From contig CP070837.1 of NCBI GenBank assembly GCA_020341815.1, positions 465,743 to 529,742 of the forward strand: a DNA stretch of 64,000 nucleotides, in the 5' to 3' direction. Each line of letters begins with the position of its first letter. Position 1 is the first letter of the stretch. The position numbers were made by a program, and so were the translations under genes. The notes beneath the pieces were generated by a model. It was not told the origin of the DNA. It was given only the letters and a program-made list of their open reading frames with translations, and ran no database searches. This document shows, piece by piece, positions 8,507 to 17,629 of the stretch. Origin of the DNA: Candidatus Omnitrophota bacterium (lineage in GTDB: Bacteria; Omnitrophota; Gorgyraeia; JAFGHF01).

Positions 8507-9979
8507 TTAGCGACTGTCCTTTTCTCCGAAGACCTGAGCAGTAAAGCTATAGAGTTCGGTATCCTTATCTTTCCAGGCATCCGGGCTTAAGCCTGCTTTA
8601 TGCGCGCAGAGATTGGAAAGGAATTCTTCGCGTGACCAGCCTGTTTCCGTGGCTACCTGCGGTAAAAATACGCCGCTTGCGCTGCCTCTTTTGACAATAA
8701 CGCCGTGCCTGCCCATTTCGATATCATCGGCGCTTTTTACTCTCTCCGGCTGAGTGAGTACAGAGATTTCTATATCTATATCCTTCAATTCATCGGCTGA
8801 CAGAGGCGGAAAACGCGGGTCCCTTGTGGCCTCAATTGCCATATCGCGCACAGTAAGATAAAGCGCCTGCTGGCCAATGATATTGCCTATGCATCCCCGC
8901 AGCGCGCCCTGCTTATGAATTGTCACAAACGCCCCCATATTTTTCAACAGGAGGGGGTCGGTCTCTGTAAAATCCGGCCTTTCTTGCTTACCAACATGGG
9001 CCTCGATGGTCTGACGGGCAATATCCAACAATCTTTTCTTTTGATCCTCGTTTAATACCCTTTTATCTTTATTAAGCATCTCATCCCTCCCGGGCTCAGC
9101 ATAAATTACTGCGCTTAAATACCCAACCACTTTGTTTTTATTGCCGGTGACATCTCCGGAATTGGCGTATTTCATAATTTCTATTTCAGCTGCCCCCCGT
9201 TGTCTGGTATAAAGCAAAGTAGTCACTACAGCAGCTGCCCCGCAGAGCTCGCTTTCCTTGGAATCTAATTTAGAATATAAGGATTCGGGGTCGAATTTCT
9301 TTAACTCTTCGATAGTCAGGTTATCGATCTCGCAAGCCTCATCATAAGGATGAAAATGAGACATATCTGTGCTGGCTACTATCAAGACATCTTTTCTATC
9401 CTTGATAGTCTCAAGCAAAGCCTGAGCCAGCATCTGACAATTCTCATAAGAAAACTTACCCATAACTATAGGGACTATTTTGAAGTCATCCAGGACTATC
9501 TGCAGAAAAGGAATCTGTACTTCTACGGAGTGCTCTTTGGTAAAGGCAGGCTCATAAAAAGAAATTTTATCGTGCCCTTGAATTAAGGCATTGGCCAATT
9601 CCATATCAACAGGAACATTACCCAAAGGAGTCTGCCAGGCGCCTTGAGGATACACTGAAACTCCTTCAAAATATTCATAATGGCTTGAGCCGATGACTAC
9701 TACAGTGCGTATGGGTTTGCCTTTTATGGCCTTGTATCCGTAGGCGGCCACACTGCCGCAATATTCATAGCCGGCGTGAGGCGAAATCAAGGCCAGGATA
9801 TCTTTATCGCTTTCGGTTACCTCTGCCCAGTCTAAGAATTTCTCTATTTCCGCGGCTAAAATCTTAGCCGAATCAGAATAATAACTGCCGCTTACTACCG
9901 GCTTTTTTATCTGCTGAGCAAGACAATTACCCGATAAAAAAAAGAAAAATAAAACGGTGAGGATTAGAAGTCTCTTCAT
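8507..9979 (-). CDS. AmmeMemoRadiSam protein B (MEMO1) fused to protein A (AMMECR1), with N-terminal signal peptide
   Basis: SPHAGYEYCG, EHSVEVQIPF, STDMSH, ELCG (MEMO1); GAFVTIH...LRGCIG, DPRF, FLPQV, CAHKAG (AMMECR1). Confidence 0.9.
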   Translation of the reverse strand: MKRLLILTVLFFFFLSGNCLAQQIKKPVVSGSYYSDSAKILAAEIEKFLDWAEVTESDKDILALISPHAGYEYCGSVAAYGYKAIKGKPIRTVVVIGSSHYEYFEGVSVYPQGAWQTPLGNVPVDMELANALIQGHDKISFYEPAFTKEHSVEVQIPFLQIVLDDFKIVPIVMGKFSYENCQMLAQALLETIKDRKDVLIVASTDMSHFHPYDEACEIDNLTIEELKKFDPESLYSKLDSKESELCGAAAVVTTLLYTRQRGAAEIEIMKYANSGDVTGNKNKVVGYLSAVIYAEPGRDEMLNKDKRVLNEDQKKRLLDIARQTIEAHVGKQERPDFTETDPLLLKNMGAFVTIHKQGALRGCIGNIIGQQALYLTVRDMAIEATRDPRFPPLSADELKDIDIEISVLTQPERVKSADDIEMGRHGVIVKRGSASGVFLPQVATETGWSREEFLSNLCAHKAGLSPDAWKDKDTELYSFTAQVFGEKDSR

Positions 9980-9991
9980 TGGATTAGATTA

Positions 9992-10069
9992 AAAATTGGT
10001 GGATCCGCCATTTTGTTTTGCAAATCAGCGAGATCTCACCAATTTTGTTTTGCAAAATTGGTGGACCCG
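9992..10069. repeat. Duplicated tRNA 3' end with nested palindromes
   Basis: AAAATTGGTGGATCCG (9992-10007) vs AAAATTGGTGGACCCG (10054-10069). TTTTGTTTTGCAAA occurs twice. Perfect CACCAATTTTG/CAAAATTGGTG hairpin. Confidence 0.7.
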
Positions 10070-10134
10070 AGCGGAGTTGAACCGCTGACCTCCGCAATGC
10101 GAATGCGGCGTTCTCCCAACTGAACTACGGGCCC
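10059..10134 (-). tRNA. tRNA-Ala(CGC)
   Basis: 76-nt cloverleaf GGGCCCG...CGGGTCCACCA, G3:U70 Ala identity pair, anticodon loop TT-CGC-AT, T-loop GGTTCAACTCC. Confidence 0.97.
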
Positions 10135-10135
10135 T

Positions 10136-10690
10136 TTAATTACAAGACATCGCCCTTAAGACTACGCTTGAGGTCAGGGTGGTTTCCGGGTTATCCGGCC
10201 CTACTTCTTGTGAAGGATCCTGCCGAGCTACTATTTCTATATCAAGGTGATTGGGAATATCATTATCACCGGCATCTTTGCCGAAAGCAAAAGTTGCGCT
10301 TAGCAATTTACCATCGGCAAAATCTTCCGTAGGATTACCTGCAGAAACATCACTATCAAAAACAATATTGTAATCCGGGCCATTTTGATACATATACTCG
10401 ATTGTCCTGTCTGCAATCCCGTTACCGTCATCGTCTAAATTCACCCGGATTCGTGTGCCCCCATCATATATAGCAAGACCAGGATTATCTATATCGCCAA
10501 CACCCCGCTGCACATTTCTGATTATATGCTCCATAGCTATTTTTGCTTCGTCAAAAACCTCGACTTGCTCGCTGGAGCCCTTAAAATAACGGCGGCTGGT
10601 AATATCAACACTGACCACTGTCAGCATCACCAGGCTCATCAGGACAATAGCGATAAGTATCTCTGTTAAACTAAAACCTTTTGAAAGCAT
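10136..10690 (-). CDS. Minor pilin, PilW-like
   Basis: Class III signal KG|FSLTEILIAIVL; ATG at 10690 preferred. Confidence 0.8.
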   Translation of the reverse strand: MLSKGFSLTEILIAIVLMSLVMLTVVSVDITSRRYFKGSSEQVEVFDEAKIAMEHIIRNVQRGVGDIDNPGLAIYDGGTRIRVNLDDDGNGIADRTIEYMYQNGPDYNIVFDSDVSAGNPTEDFADGKLLSATFAFGKDAGDNDIPNHLDIEIVARQDPSQEVGPDNPETTLTSSVVLRAMSCN

Positions 10691-10704
10691 TGTTGTTCCC
10701 AAAA

Positions 10705-11088
10705 CTATTCCGGAATTTCGGGTTCCTGCCAATCAACTTCTACGGTTGCGCTCCTGTAGCCGGTGCTAGGGTTAACTCCGGCAACCGAATCTACCCTGTA
10801 TCTCCTTCGTCCTGAAAAATTAGTCCCAAAGGTTCCGGGCAAAACCTCATAGTTTGTCCAACCCTGAACAGTTAAAGGCTCGCCAGCTTCACCCCAGGTA
10901 TCTGCGCTAACTGCATTCTTCAATTCCTCCAAAGTCTGACGGCTGAAATCCATTGCCTGCATCCTGCGGCCTGTACCGGTCACCGCAGCTCGCTCCGTAG
11001 AGAAAATAACCATTACGCCCGCTGTAGCCACTAATAAGATAAGAGCAGAAACTATCACTTCCGCCAATGTCAAACCTTGCTTATTCAT
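10705..11088 (-). CDS. Minor pilin, PilV-like
   Basis: QG|LTLAEVIVS prepilin motif; C-terminal V-x-V-x-W strand. Confidence 0.8.
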   Translation of the reverse strand: MNKQGLTLAEVIVSALILLVATAGVMVIFSTERAAVTGTGRRMQAMDFSRQTLEELKNAVSADTWGEAGEPLTVQGWTNYEVLPGTFGTNFSGRRRYRVDSVAGVNPSTGYRSATVEVDWQEPEIPE

Positions 11089-11119
11089 TTCGTTCTTCCT
11101 TTATGAGCTAAAGCTACTA

Positions 11120-11527
11120 TTATGGCAGAGGCAGGGGCCAGGTGCCTTCAAAGGGAGGGCCACCTTCATCAAGAGTAATAGTCCTGCCATTGTAGCTACC
11201 GCTCCTTCTTGTAGCGGTAGCATCAAAGGTATCCGCAGTAGCAGTTACAGAATAATCCCAGTTTCGCTCGTCCTTAGCTTCCAAATACAACCTCAATTGG
11301 GCATTAATTGTAGAGATGTTATTTACCGGCGCTTCAGTCGGCCAATAAGTATCTTCCTCCGTGCGGTAAATCCTTTCTCCGGTGCGGATTTGCTTCAAGG
11401 CTACCATTGCTTCCGTGGCCTTGGTGCCTTCAACGGCCTTGGTAAGCAAAGGAAGGCTCAAGGCTGCCAGGATTCCAACGATTATAACGGTAGCTATAAC
11501 TTCTGTAAGCGTAAAAGCGCTTTTCAC
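11120..11527 (-). CDS. Type IV pilin (PilE/PilA-like)
   Basis: KSA|FTLTEVIATVIIVGILAALSLP. Confidence 0.85.
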   Translation of the reverse strand: MKSAFTLTEVIATVIIVGILAALSLPLLTKAVEGTKATEAMVALKQIRTGERIYRTEEDTYWPTEAPVNNISTINAQLRLYLEAKDERNWDYSVTATADTFDATATRRSGSYNGRTITLDEGGPPFEGTWPLPLP

Positions 11528-11549
11528 CGGCTATAAAGTATCTTTAAGT

Positions 11550-11942
11550 TCAAGGAGTGAGTCTATTGACAGTTCCGTCTATCTCAATATTAAAATTATC
11601 CAAACCCGCACTCGCACCATCAGTAGTTCTTGTTGCTGTAGCAATGATATCATTGGCACCACTTGTAGAACCGTAAGTATAAAGGGCCTTTGCTGAACTT
11701 GTAATATCAAGGTCTAAAGCTGAACCTTCGTCGGCAATGTCAGTATCCACATGATACTCACTGTGTTCCAGATAATAGCGCAATTGCGAAGCACGGATTG
11801 CGCCTAACATAGAAATTGCCTCCGACTCTCTGGCCTTTTTTGCTGCCCCGATAAATCTGGGCAAGGCAAGTGAGGCCAAAATACCCACAATAATCACTAC
11901 AATCATCAACTCCAACAACGTAAAACCTCTTTTTCTATTCAC
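11550..11942 (-). CDS. Type IV pilin, probable major pilin
   Basis: KRG|FTLLELMIVVIIVGILASLALP; strong AGGAGG SD upstream. Confidence 0.9.
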   Translation of the reverse strand: MNRKRGFTLLELMIVVIIVGILASLALPRFIGAAKKARESEAISMLGAIRASQLRYYLEHSEYHVDTDIADEGSALDLDITSSAKALYTYGSTSGANDIIATATRTTDGASAGLDNFNIEIDGTVNRLTP

Positions 11943-11994
11943 CTTTCTCTTCCTCCTTTCATTCTTTTTAACTGAGTATCAATTCTTAACTAAA

Positions 11995-13218
11995 TCATCC
12001 TCCCCGTGAGACCATTGCCAACTGGAATATAGGCAAAAACATAGATATGACCAAAACCCCGACCATTATACCCATAAGTACCAAAACTGCCGGTTCAATC
12101 AAGCTAACTATTTTAGTCAAAGTAGTGCTGATGCGCTCTCTGTAAAACTCAGAGGCCTTCTTTAACATCTTGCCTAATTCGCCTATCTCCTCCCCCACGG
12201 AAACCATTTGCACTACCATCGGTGTGAATACACCGCTCTTTTCCAAAGGGCCGGCCATACCTTTACCCTGGCGCACGCTATCTCTCACCTCAGCTACCGC
12301 CCTCTCCACTATTCTATTGCCCAGAAACTTACTAACAATATCCAGGCCATAAACAATGGGTACCCCGCTTTCGATTAAGGTCCCCAGGCCGCTGGCAAAT
12401 CTCTCGATGGCAATGCGCTGAAAAAGCGAAGATAAAACCGGGGTCTTGAACTTCAAATAGTCAAATTGCCAGCGACCCGCCTGCGTGTGGATATATTGGT
12501 TAATAAGGTAGCCCACGGCAACCGCCCCGCCAACCCAAAAAAGGAGATATCTGCGCATAAGAGTGCTGAAGGCTATCACCATCCGCGTAAAAAGCGGCAA
12601 TTCTATATTGAATCCGGCAAATACCCGGGAGAATATGGGGATAATCCAGACGGTAAAGATAGTCAATGCCACAAGAGCAATGCTGACAAGCGCAGCCGGA
12701 TAAACAAGGCTTGCGGTTATCTTTCTACGTATGGCTGCTGCGGTCTCCAAATAATCGGCTAACTGCGCAAGAGCAAGAGGAAGAGCGCCGGAGGCTTCCC
12801 CCGTCTCTACCATTTGAATCCAATATGGAGAAAATATACCGGGGTGTTTGGCCAGGGCATCGCGAAAAGTGCTTCCTGCGGCAATATCGTGCCTGATTTG
12901 CTGCACGGCCTTTAAGAGTATCCTGCTTTCTATCTGCCTGGTTAAGACATCCAGGCTCTTTAACAAGGTTACCCCTGCCTCCAGCATCGTGGCAAGCTGT
13001 CGGGCAAAGATAATCATATCGTCGATAGTTACCTTGAGATGCAAAGGCATCGAGAGAACCACTTTTCTCTCGACAGCAGCCTCTCTTCGGTATACGGAAG
13101 TTACCAGCAGGCCTTCTTTCTGAAGCCGGGCAATCAACTCCTCTTGCGTCGCCGCTTCTTCGGTAGCCTGTCTTTCCTTACCTTGTTTATCTCTGGCTCT
13201 ATATATAAATTGAGGCAT
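11995..13218 (-). CDS. pilC: Type IV pilus platform protein PilC (GspF family)
   Basis: FARQLATMLEAG, MVETGEASG, MVSVGEEIG, SMFLPIF. Confidence 0.93.
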   Translation of the reverse strand: MPQFIYRARDKQGKERQATEEAATQEELIARLQKEGLLVTSVYRREAAVERKVVLSMPLHLKVTIDDMIIFARQLATMLEAGVTLLKSLDVLTRQIESRILLKAVQQIRHDIAAGSTFRDALAKHPGIFSPYWIQMVETGEASGALPLALAQLADYLETAAAIRRKITASLVYPAALVSIALVALTIFTVWIIPIFSRVFAGFNIELPLFTRMVIAFSTLMRRYLLFWVGGAVAVGYLINQYIHTQAGRWQFDYLKFKTPVLSSLFQRIAIERFASGLGTLIESGVPIVYGLDIVSKFLGNRIVERAVAEVRDSVRQGKGMAGPLEKSGVFTPMVVQMVSVGEEIGELGKMLKKASEFYRERISTTLTKIVSLIEPAVLVLMGIMVGVLVISMFLPIFQLAMVSRGG

Positions 13219-13225
13219 AATTTAG

Positions 13226-13253
13226 ACTATAGCATAAAAAAGATTATTGTCAA
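13226..13253 (-). promoter_or_regulatory. Internal sigma70-type promoter, predicted leaderless pilC transcript
   Basis: TTGACA-16nt-TATAGT with TG extension; ATG 7 nt after the -10; no SD. Confidence 0.6.
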
Positions 13254-13343
13254 GGAAATCCATAAGGATTTTCCGCAGACCTCGCCGCTTTGGGCGGGTC
13301 AAGCAAGAAAATCGTCGAAGATGATAACTTTTTAGCGATTTTC
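13254..13343. repeat. Overlapping inverted repeats (GATTTTC/GAAAATC) between pilB and pilC
   Basis: GATTTTC...GACC.CGCC/GGCG.GGTC...GAAAATC stem, plus alternative GAAAATCG/CGATTTTC pairing. Confidence 0.5.
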
Positions 13344-13351
13344 GCCGTCCA

Positions 13352-15073
13352 TTATCCCTCTATCCCGGCCATAGTAACACTCAAGACTTCCTCAAGGCTG
13401 GTTATGCCCTGCTCAACCTTTTTCAGCCCGTTTTGATACAGCGTTTTCATTCCTGTCTCCAGGGATATTTCCTTCAATTGTTGATAAGTCGCGCCTTGGG
13501 CGATAGCCTGACTTAAGCGTTCACTCATCGGCAGTATTTCATAGATGGCGCTTCTTCCGCGATAGCCGGTGCGGTTACAATAATCACACCCCTTGGGGCG
13601 ATAGATTAATTCTGCAGCCAATTTGACTTTACCTAACATCTCCCCCGTCGGTTCATAAGCCTCTTTACATTCCGGGCAAAGCTTGCGCACAAGGCGCTGC
13701 GCGCCTACCAGAAGCAGGGAGGGTGAGATTAAATAAGGGGATATCCCTAAGTCAATCAATCGGCTTATGGCCGTGGGGGCGTCATTCGTATGCAAGGTGC
13801 TCAATACCAGGTGCCCCGTAAGCGCCGCCCGCAGACAAATCTGGGCGGTCTCCAAGTCTCTTACCTCGCCGACCATAATAATATTGGGGTCCTGCCTTAA
13901 GAAAGCCCTCAGGCCATTGGCAAAGGTAAGCCCAATATCCGCCTTCACCTGAACCTGATTAATACCTTCCAGGCGATATTCTACCGGGTCCTCTATAGAG
14001 ACTAAATTCTTATGCGGGGTTTTGATTTCATTTAAGGTGGCATACAAGGTTGTGCTTTTTCCGCAACCCGTAGGGCCGGTAAGGAAAATCAGACCCCAGG
14101 GACTGGAAACGGCTTTGCGATAACTTTCCAAATCCTTTGCTTCAAAGCCCAGTTGGCTCAAATCCAGAGGAACCTGGCTCTTATCCAAAATCCTCAAGAC
14201 TACCTTTTCACCACGAACCGTGGGAATAGTAGAAACCCGAAAATCGATAATTCTATTTTCTGCTTTTACTATAAATGCCCCATCCTGAGGCAGGCGCTTC
14301 TCGGCAATGTCCATTTTAGCCAATATCTTAATTCGGGAAACAATAGCCAGAAGCAGATGCCCCGCGGGCGGAGGAATTTCATAAAGGACCCCGTCAATAC
14401 GATAGCGGACGCTGACCCTGTCTTTAAAAGGCTCAATGTGGATATCGCTGGCCCTGTCTTTAATTGCCTGCCTTAAAATTAAATCTACCAGCTTGATTAC
14501 CGGTGCCTCTTCCGCCTTGGCAATTAAAGTGTTGAGACTTAGAGCCTCTTCCTCGGGAATTTCTTCTATCTCTACCTCTCCGGCTTCGTATGACTCAGAG
14601 ATGGCCTCTTTAAGCAAATCCTTCTCGCCATAAAATCTATCTATGGCCTGTATAATATCACTTTCGCTGGCCACGATAGGATTTATGTCACATCCGGTCA
14701 TCTTTTTCAAGTTGTCCATCATCAGTACGTCCAGCGGATCGGCAAAGGCCACGGTAAGGGCGTTCAGATTGCGCGATAAAGGAATAAGGCAATAACGGCG
14801 GGCAAAGTTCTGCGGCACCAGTTTATCTAACTCCTGATTCGGGTCGGGCTCAAGTAATCCCTTGGCTAAGGATGCGTAAGGAATATTCAGCTGTTTCCCC
14901 AAAGTTACCACAATATCCTTTTCGGTAATCAGGCCCAGTTTTATCAAGACCTCACCGATTCTTTTGCCTTCCCGCTTTTGCACCTGAATAGCCTTCTGCA
15001 GCTGCTCCTCGGTAATCAGGCCCTGTTTAATCAAAAGCTCGCCTAATTTTAAACGGGACTTCCTTAATGCCAT
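13352..15073 (-). CDS. pilB: Type IV pilus extension ATPase PilB with N-terminal MshEN domain
   Basis: KLGELLIKQGLITEEQL...RIGEVLIKLGLI (MshEN), GPTGCGKST, LRQDPNIIMVGEVRD, CPEC/CDYC. Confidence 0.93.
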   Translation of the reverse strand: MALRKSRLKLGELLIKQGLITEEQLQKAIQVQKREGKRIGEVLIKLGLITEKDIVVTLGKQLNIPYASLAKGLLEPDPNQELDKLVPQNFARRYCLIPLSRNLNALTVAFADPLDVLMMDNLKKMTGCDINPIVASESDIIQAIDRFYGEKDLLKEAISESYEAGEVEIEEIPEEEALSLNTLIAKAEEAPVIKLVDLILRQAIKDRASDIHIEPFKDRVSVRYRIDGVLYEIPPPAGHLLLAIVSRIKILAKMDIAEKRLPQDGAFIVKAENRIIDFRVSTIPTVRGEKVVLRILDKSQVPLDLSQLGFEAKDLESYRKAVSSPWGLIFLTGPTGCGKSTTLYATLNEIKTPHKNLVSIEDPVEYRLEGINQVQVKADIGLTFANGLRAFLRQDPNIIMVGEVRDLETAQICLRAALTGHLVLSTLHTNDAPTAISRLIDLGISPYLISPSLLLVGAQRLVRKLCPECKEAYEPTGEMLGKVKLAAELIYRPKGCDYCNRTGYRGRSAIYEILPMSERLSQAIAQGATYQQLKEISLETGMKTLYQNGLKKVEQGITSLEEVLSVTMAGIEG

Positions 15074-15079
15074 CTTTTA

Positions 15080-16555
15080 TTATTTCTCCAGTATGTCAAG
15101 GATGCTTTCCATTGCCTCTTCTTTTTTCATGGCTGACTGAACAAAGTCCCCATAGCCCTCTGGCGGAAGGTGTCTCTTTAATGAAGTCAATCCTGCCATC
15201 CGCGCGCGCTCTTTAGCCAAATGCGGAGTAATAAAGATGATTAATTCCTTATCCTCTGAACTGTCGTCTTTTTTACAAAATAGACTTCCCAATAAAGGAA
15301 TATCCCCTAAAAAAGGGACTTTTCTCATAATCTTCTCATCTTCGGTGTTAATTAATCCGCCGATTATTACAGTCTCTCCATCGGCAACGGTAACTGTAGT
15401 CTTGACGCTTCTGGTATGAGGGTCAAGGGCATTGGCAAGTATCGAGGAAACCTTTGTATTAATTACCGATGGCTCAATAATCATGGTGATCTCGCCCTGA
15501 GTATTAATCTGTGGGGTTACTTTCAGCGTCACTCCTGTTTCTACCCTTTCAGGGGAAACAATTGCCCTATCAATACCTCCTCCTGTAGAAGCAATCTCCT
15601 GTTGTTCGCTGGCAATTACCGTCTCGGCAGTAATCTTTATCTCAGCGGTCTCGTTATTCAGGGTGAGGACTTTCGGCCTGGCCAGGATCTTGCTATCGGT
15701 ATCCCTAGCAAGCATAGCCAGTGTCCCGCCCAGATTCATCGCCGAGATGTATCCCAGATAAAGGTTATCTACATTGCCGGCGGGGCCGACCTTTCGCATA
15801 TTGTTAGGTTTGGTAAAGGGAAAGGTGCTGCTACGCCCTGCCCCATAGGCAGAGGCAACTATTCCATCGGTAGCAGTACCCCATTCTATGCCCAGCTTAT
15901 CGATGGTTTCTAAGCTCGCCTCTATGATTTCGGCCTCAATCATTACCTGAGGAAGCTTTATATCGAGCTCTTTTATCGTCTTTTCAATCTTGGGAAACTG
16001 ACTGCGCACATCGGTAACGATAAGGCTATTGGTGCGCGAATCCTCAATCACCTGACCAAACTGGCTGACTATTTTCTCTATCACTTCCTTGATGCCGATT
16101 TCTTCGGACTGCCGCGCTTCCTGGCCGGCAGCGGTAAGCTCATATCCCTTTACCCGTGCATACTGCAGAGGAAAAACTTTGGTAATTGTCTCTACCTCCG
16201 GACGGCCCCATTCCTTAACTATAAATATTTTGCTGTCTTTTTTCTGCTCATAGCTTAAGCTGTTTGCCGTCATTATGGTATTTAAGGCATCTTCCACCGA
16301 AACCTTGTCCAGATAAAGGGTAACTCTGCGCTCCTTAACACTTTCACTGGCAATAAAGTTTAAACCGGCCTGCTGGGAAAATACCTTCAAGACATCCTTT
16401 AAGTCGGCATCCTGGAAGTCCATTGAAATTACCGGCAAACCCGATTCTTGTCCCAACTCATCCCCTGACTGCGCCCGGCTTAAATTGAGACCTAAGCCAA
16501 ATACCAAAAATAAGGCCAAAGGAACAAGTAAAACAACCCTTCTTTTTTTAAGCAT
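15080..16555 (-). CDS. pilQ: Secretin PilQ/GspD family
   Basis: Signal peptide, ISMDFQDADL, QVMIEAEI, GETVIIGGL, KVPFLGDIPLLGSLF, ELIIFITP. Confidence 0.9.
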   Translation of the reverse strand: MLKKRRVVLLVPLALFLVFGLGLNLSRAQSGDELGQESGLPVISMDFQDADLKDVLKVFSQQAGLNFIASESVKERRVTLYLDKVSVEDALNTIMTANSLSYEQKKDSKIFIVKEWGRPEVETITKVFPLQYARVKGYELTAAGQEARQSEEIGIKEVIEKIVSQFGQVIEDSRTNSLIVTDVRSQFPKIEKTIKELDIKLPQVMIEAEIIEASLETIDKLGIEWGTATDGIVASAYGAGRSSTFPFTKPNNMRKVGPAGNVDNLYLGYISAMNLGGTLAMLARDTDSKILARPKVLTLNNETAEIKITAETVIASEQQEIASTGGGIDRAIVSPERVETGVTLKVTPQINTQGEITMIIEPSVINTKVSSILANALDPHTRSVKTTVTVADGETVIIGGLINTEDEKIMRKVPFLGDIPLLGSLFCKKDDSSEDKELIIFITPHLAKERARMAGLTSLKRHLPPEGYGDFVQSAMKKEEAMESILDILEK

Positions 16556-16570
16556 ATTATCCCCCTTTTA

Positions 16571-16657
16571 TCACTGAAGCCACTGAAGTTGTTAACTGAA
16601 ACCACTGAGGCTTTATTCAGTGCTCTCAGTGTTATTTTTTCAGTGTTTTTCAGTGTC
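16571..16657. repeat. CACTGA x4 / TCAGTG x4 palindromic intergenic element, copy A
   Basis: Hexamers at 16572, 16581, 16594, 16603; inverted at 16617, 16626, 16640, 16650. Confidence 0.85.
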
Positions 16658-16663
16658 TCTGTT

Positions 16664-17104
16664 TTATCTTCTTCTTAATCTTTCGTCTTCCCTTAATATA
16701 GTAGGCCTGAGTATGTATTGATTTCCCTCATACAATACATAAACGCCCTCTTTGCGTATATCCAATATCTCTGCGCCTTCAATAACCTCACCTGGCCTTA
16801 CCACTGTATTATTAATAATTGCCTGGGGTATTTTCGAATCCCAAATCATACCCTGAACTACAAGATGAGCTAACCCCCCTGCGATGGGCGCCCTCTTCTT
16901 TTCCTTCGGCACCTCTTCCAGAGGCACAAACAATTCAAAAGGGCTCTCAAATGGATCACGCAGGCCCCGGCCGGTATATTCTACCGTCCCAGTCTGTCTT
17001 TTCAAAGTACGCTGGGCCCTGACCAGGGGATATCCTGCAATCAATGATAAGACGGCCAAAAGCCCCAAGCAAAACATTATTTTTTTCACCAAGGTTTTTT
17101 TCAT
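16664..17104 (-). CDS. PilP-like protein
   Basis: N-terminal TM, RDPF motif, AIINN..V..GE.I.G; lies between pilO and pilQ. Confidence 0.7.
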   Translation of the reverse strand: MKKTLVKKIMFCLGLLAVLSLIAGYPLVRAQRTLKRQTGTVEYTGRGLRDPFESPFELFVPLEEVPKEKKRAPIAGGLAHLVVQGMIWDSKIPQAIINNTVVRPGEVIEGAEILDIRKEGVYVLYEGNQYILRPTILREDERLRRR

Positions 17105-17619
17105 TTCTTTAAATAAAATCCGCTTACTGTCAATTCTACCTCAGGGATTTTTGCCTCTCCTAGGGCGGCGACAGTGGGTTTTCTCATCCTGAGCTCTTTG
17201 ACCCGGATAAACTCTTTACTGCTTTCGATGAGACTCAAAAACTCTCCCAATTGATGATAATCGCAGGAGAAAGGTATTTTTAAGGGCAGTTCGACATAAT
17301 ATTCTTTTTCTTCCGCAGAAAGGGGATTGAAGGCTTCTATCTTTATGCCGAGTCGTTCAGCCATCCTTGAGATTCTATCCAAAATCTGAGTGCCCTCTGC
17401 CACAGAAAAAGACCTTTCTTGATGTGCTTTTATTTTCCTCTCTAATAAGCTGATAATACCCAAGACTTCATTTTTCTTCTTTTCTTCTTCTATCTGTGAC
17501 TTTACAGACTCTATTTTTTTTAGATTAGATTTGTATATCCCCCCATAGCCGATACGAAAAGCCAGAAAAAGAATCAGGATAAAAATGATTGTGCCTTTCC
17601 TGTGGCTCGTTATATTCAT
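17101..17619 (-). CDS. pilO: PilO
   Basis: TM plus coiled coil, YVELPL...YHQLGEFLSLIE. Confidence 0.8.
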   Translation of the reverse strand: MNITSHRKGTIIFILILFLAFRIGYGGIYKSNLKKIESVKSQIEEEKKKNEVLGIISLLERKIKAHQERSFSVAEGTQILDRISRMAERLGIKIEAFNPLSAEEKEYYVELPLKIPFSCDYHQLGEFLSLIESSKEFIRVKELRMRKPTVAALGEAKIPEVELTVSGFYLKK

Positions 17620-17629
17620 TCTTTTATCC

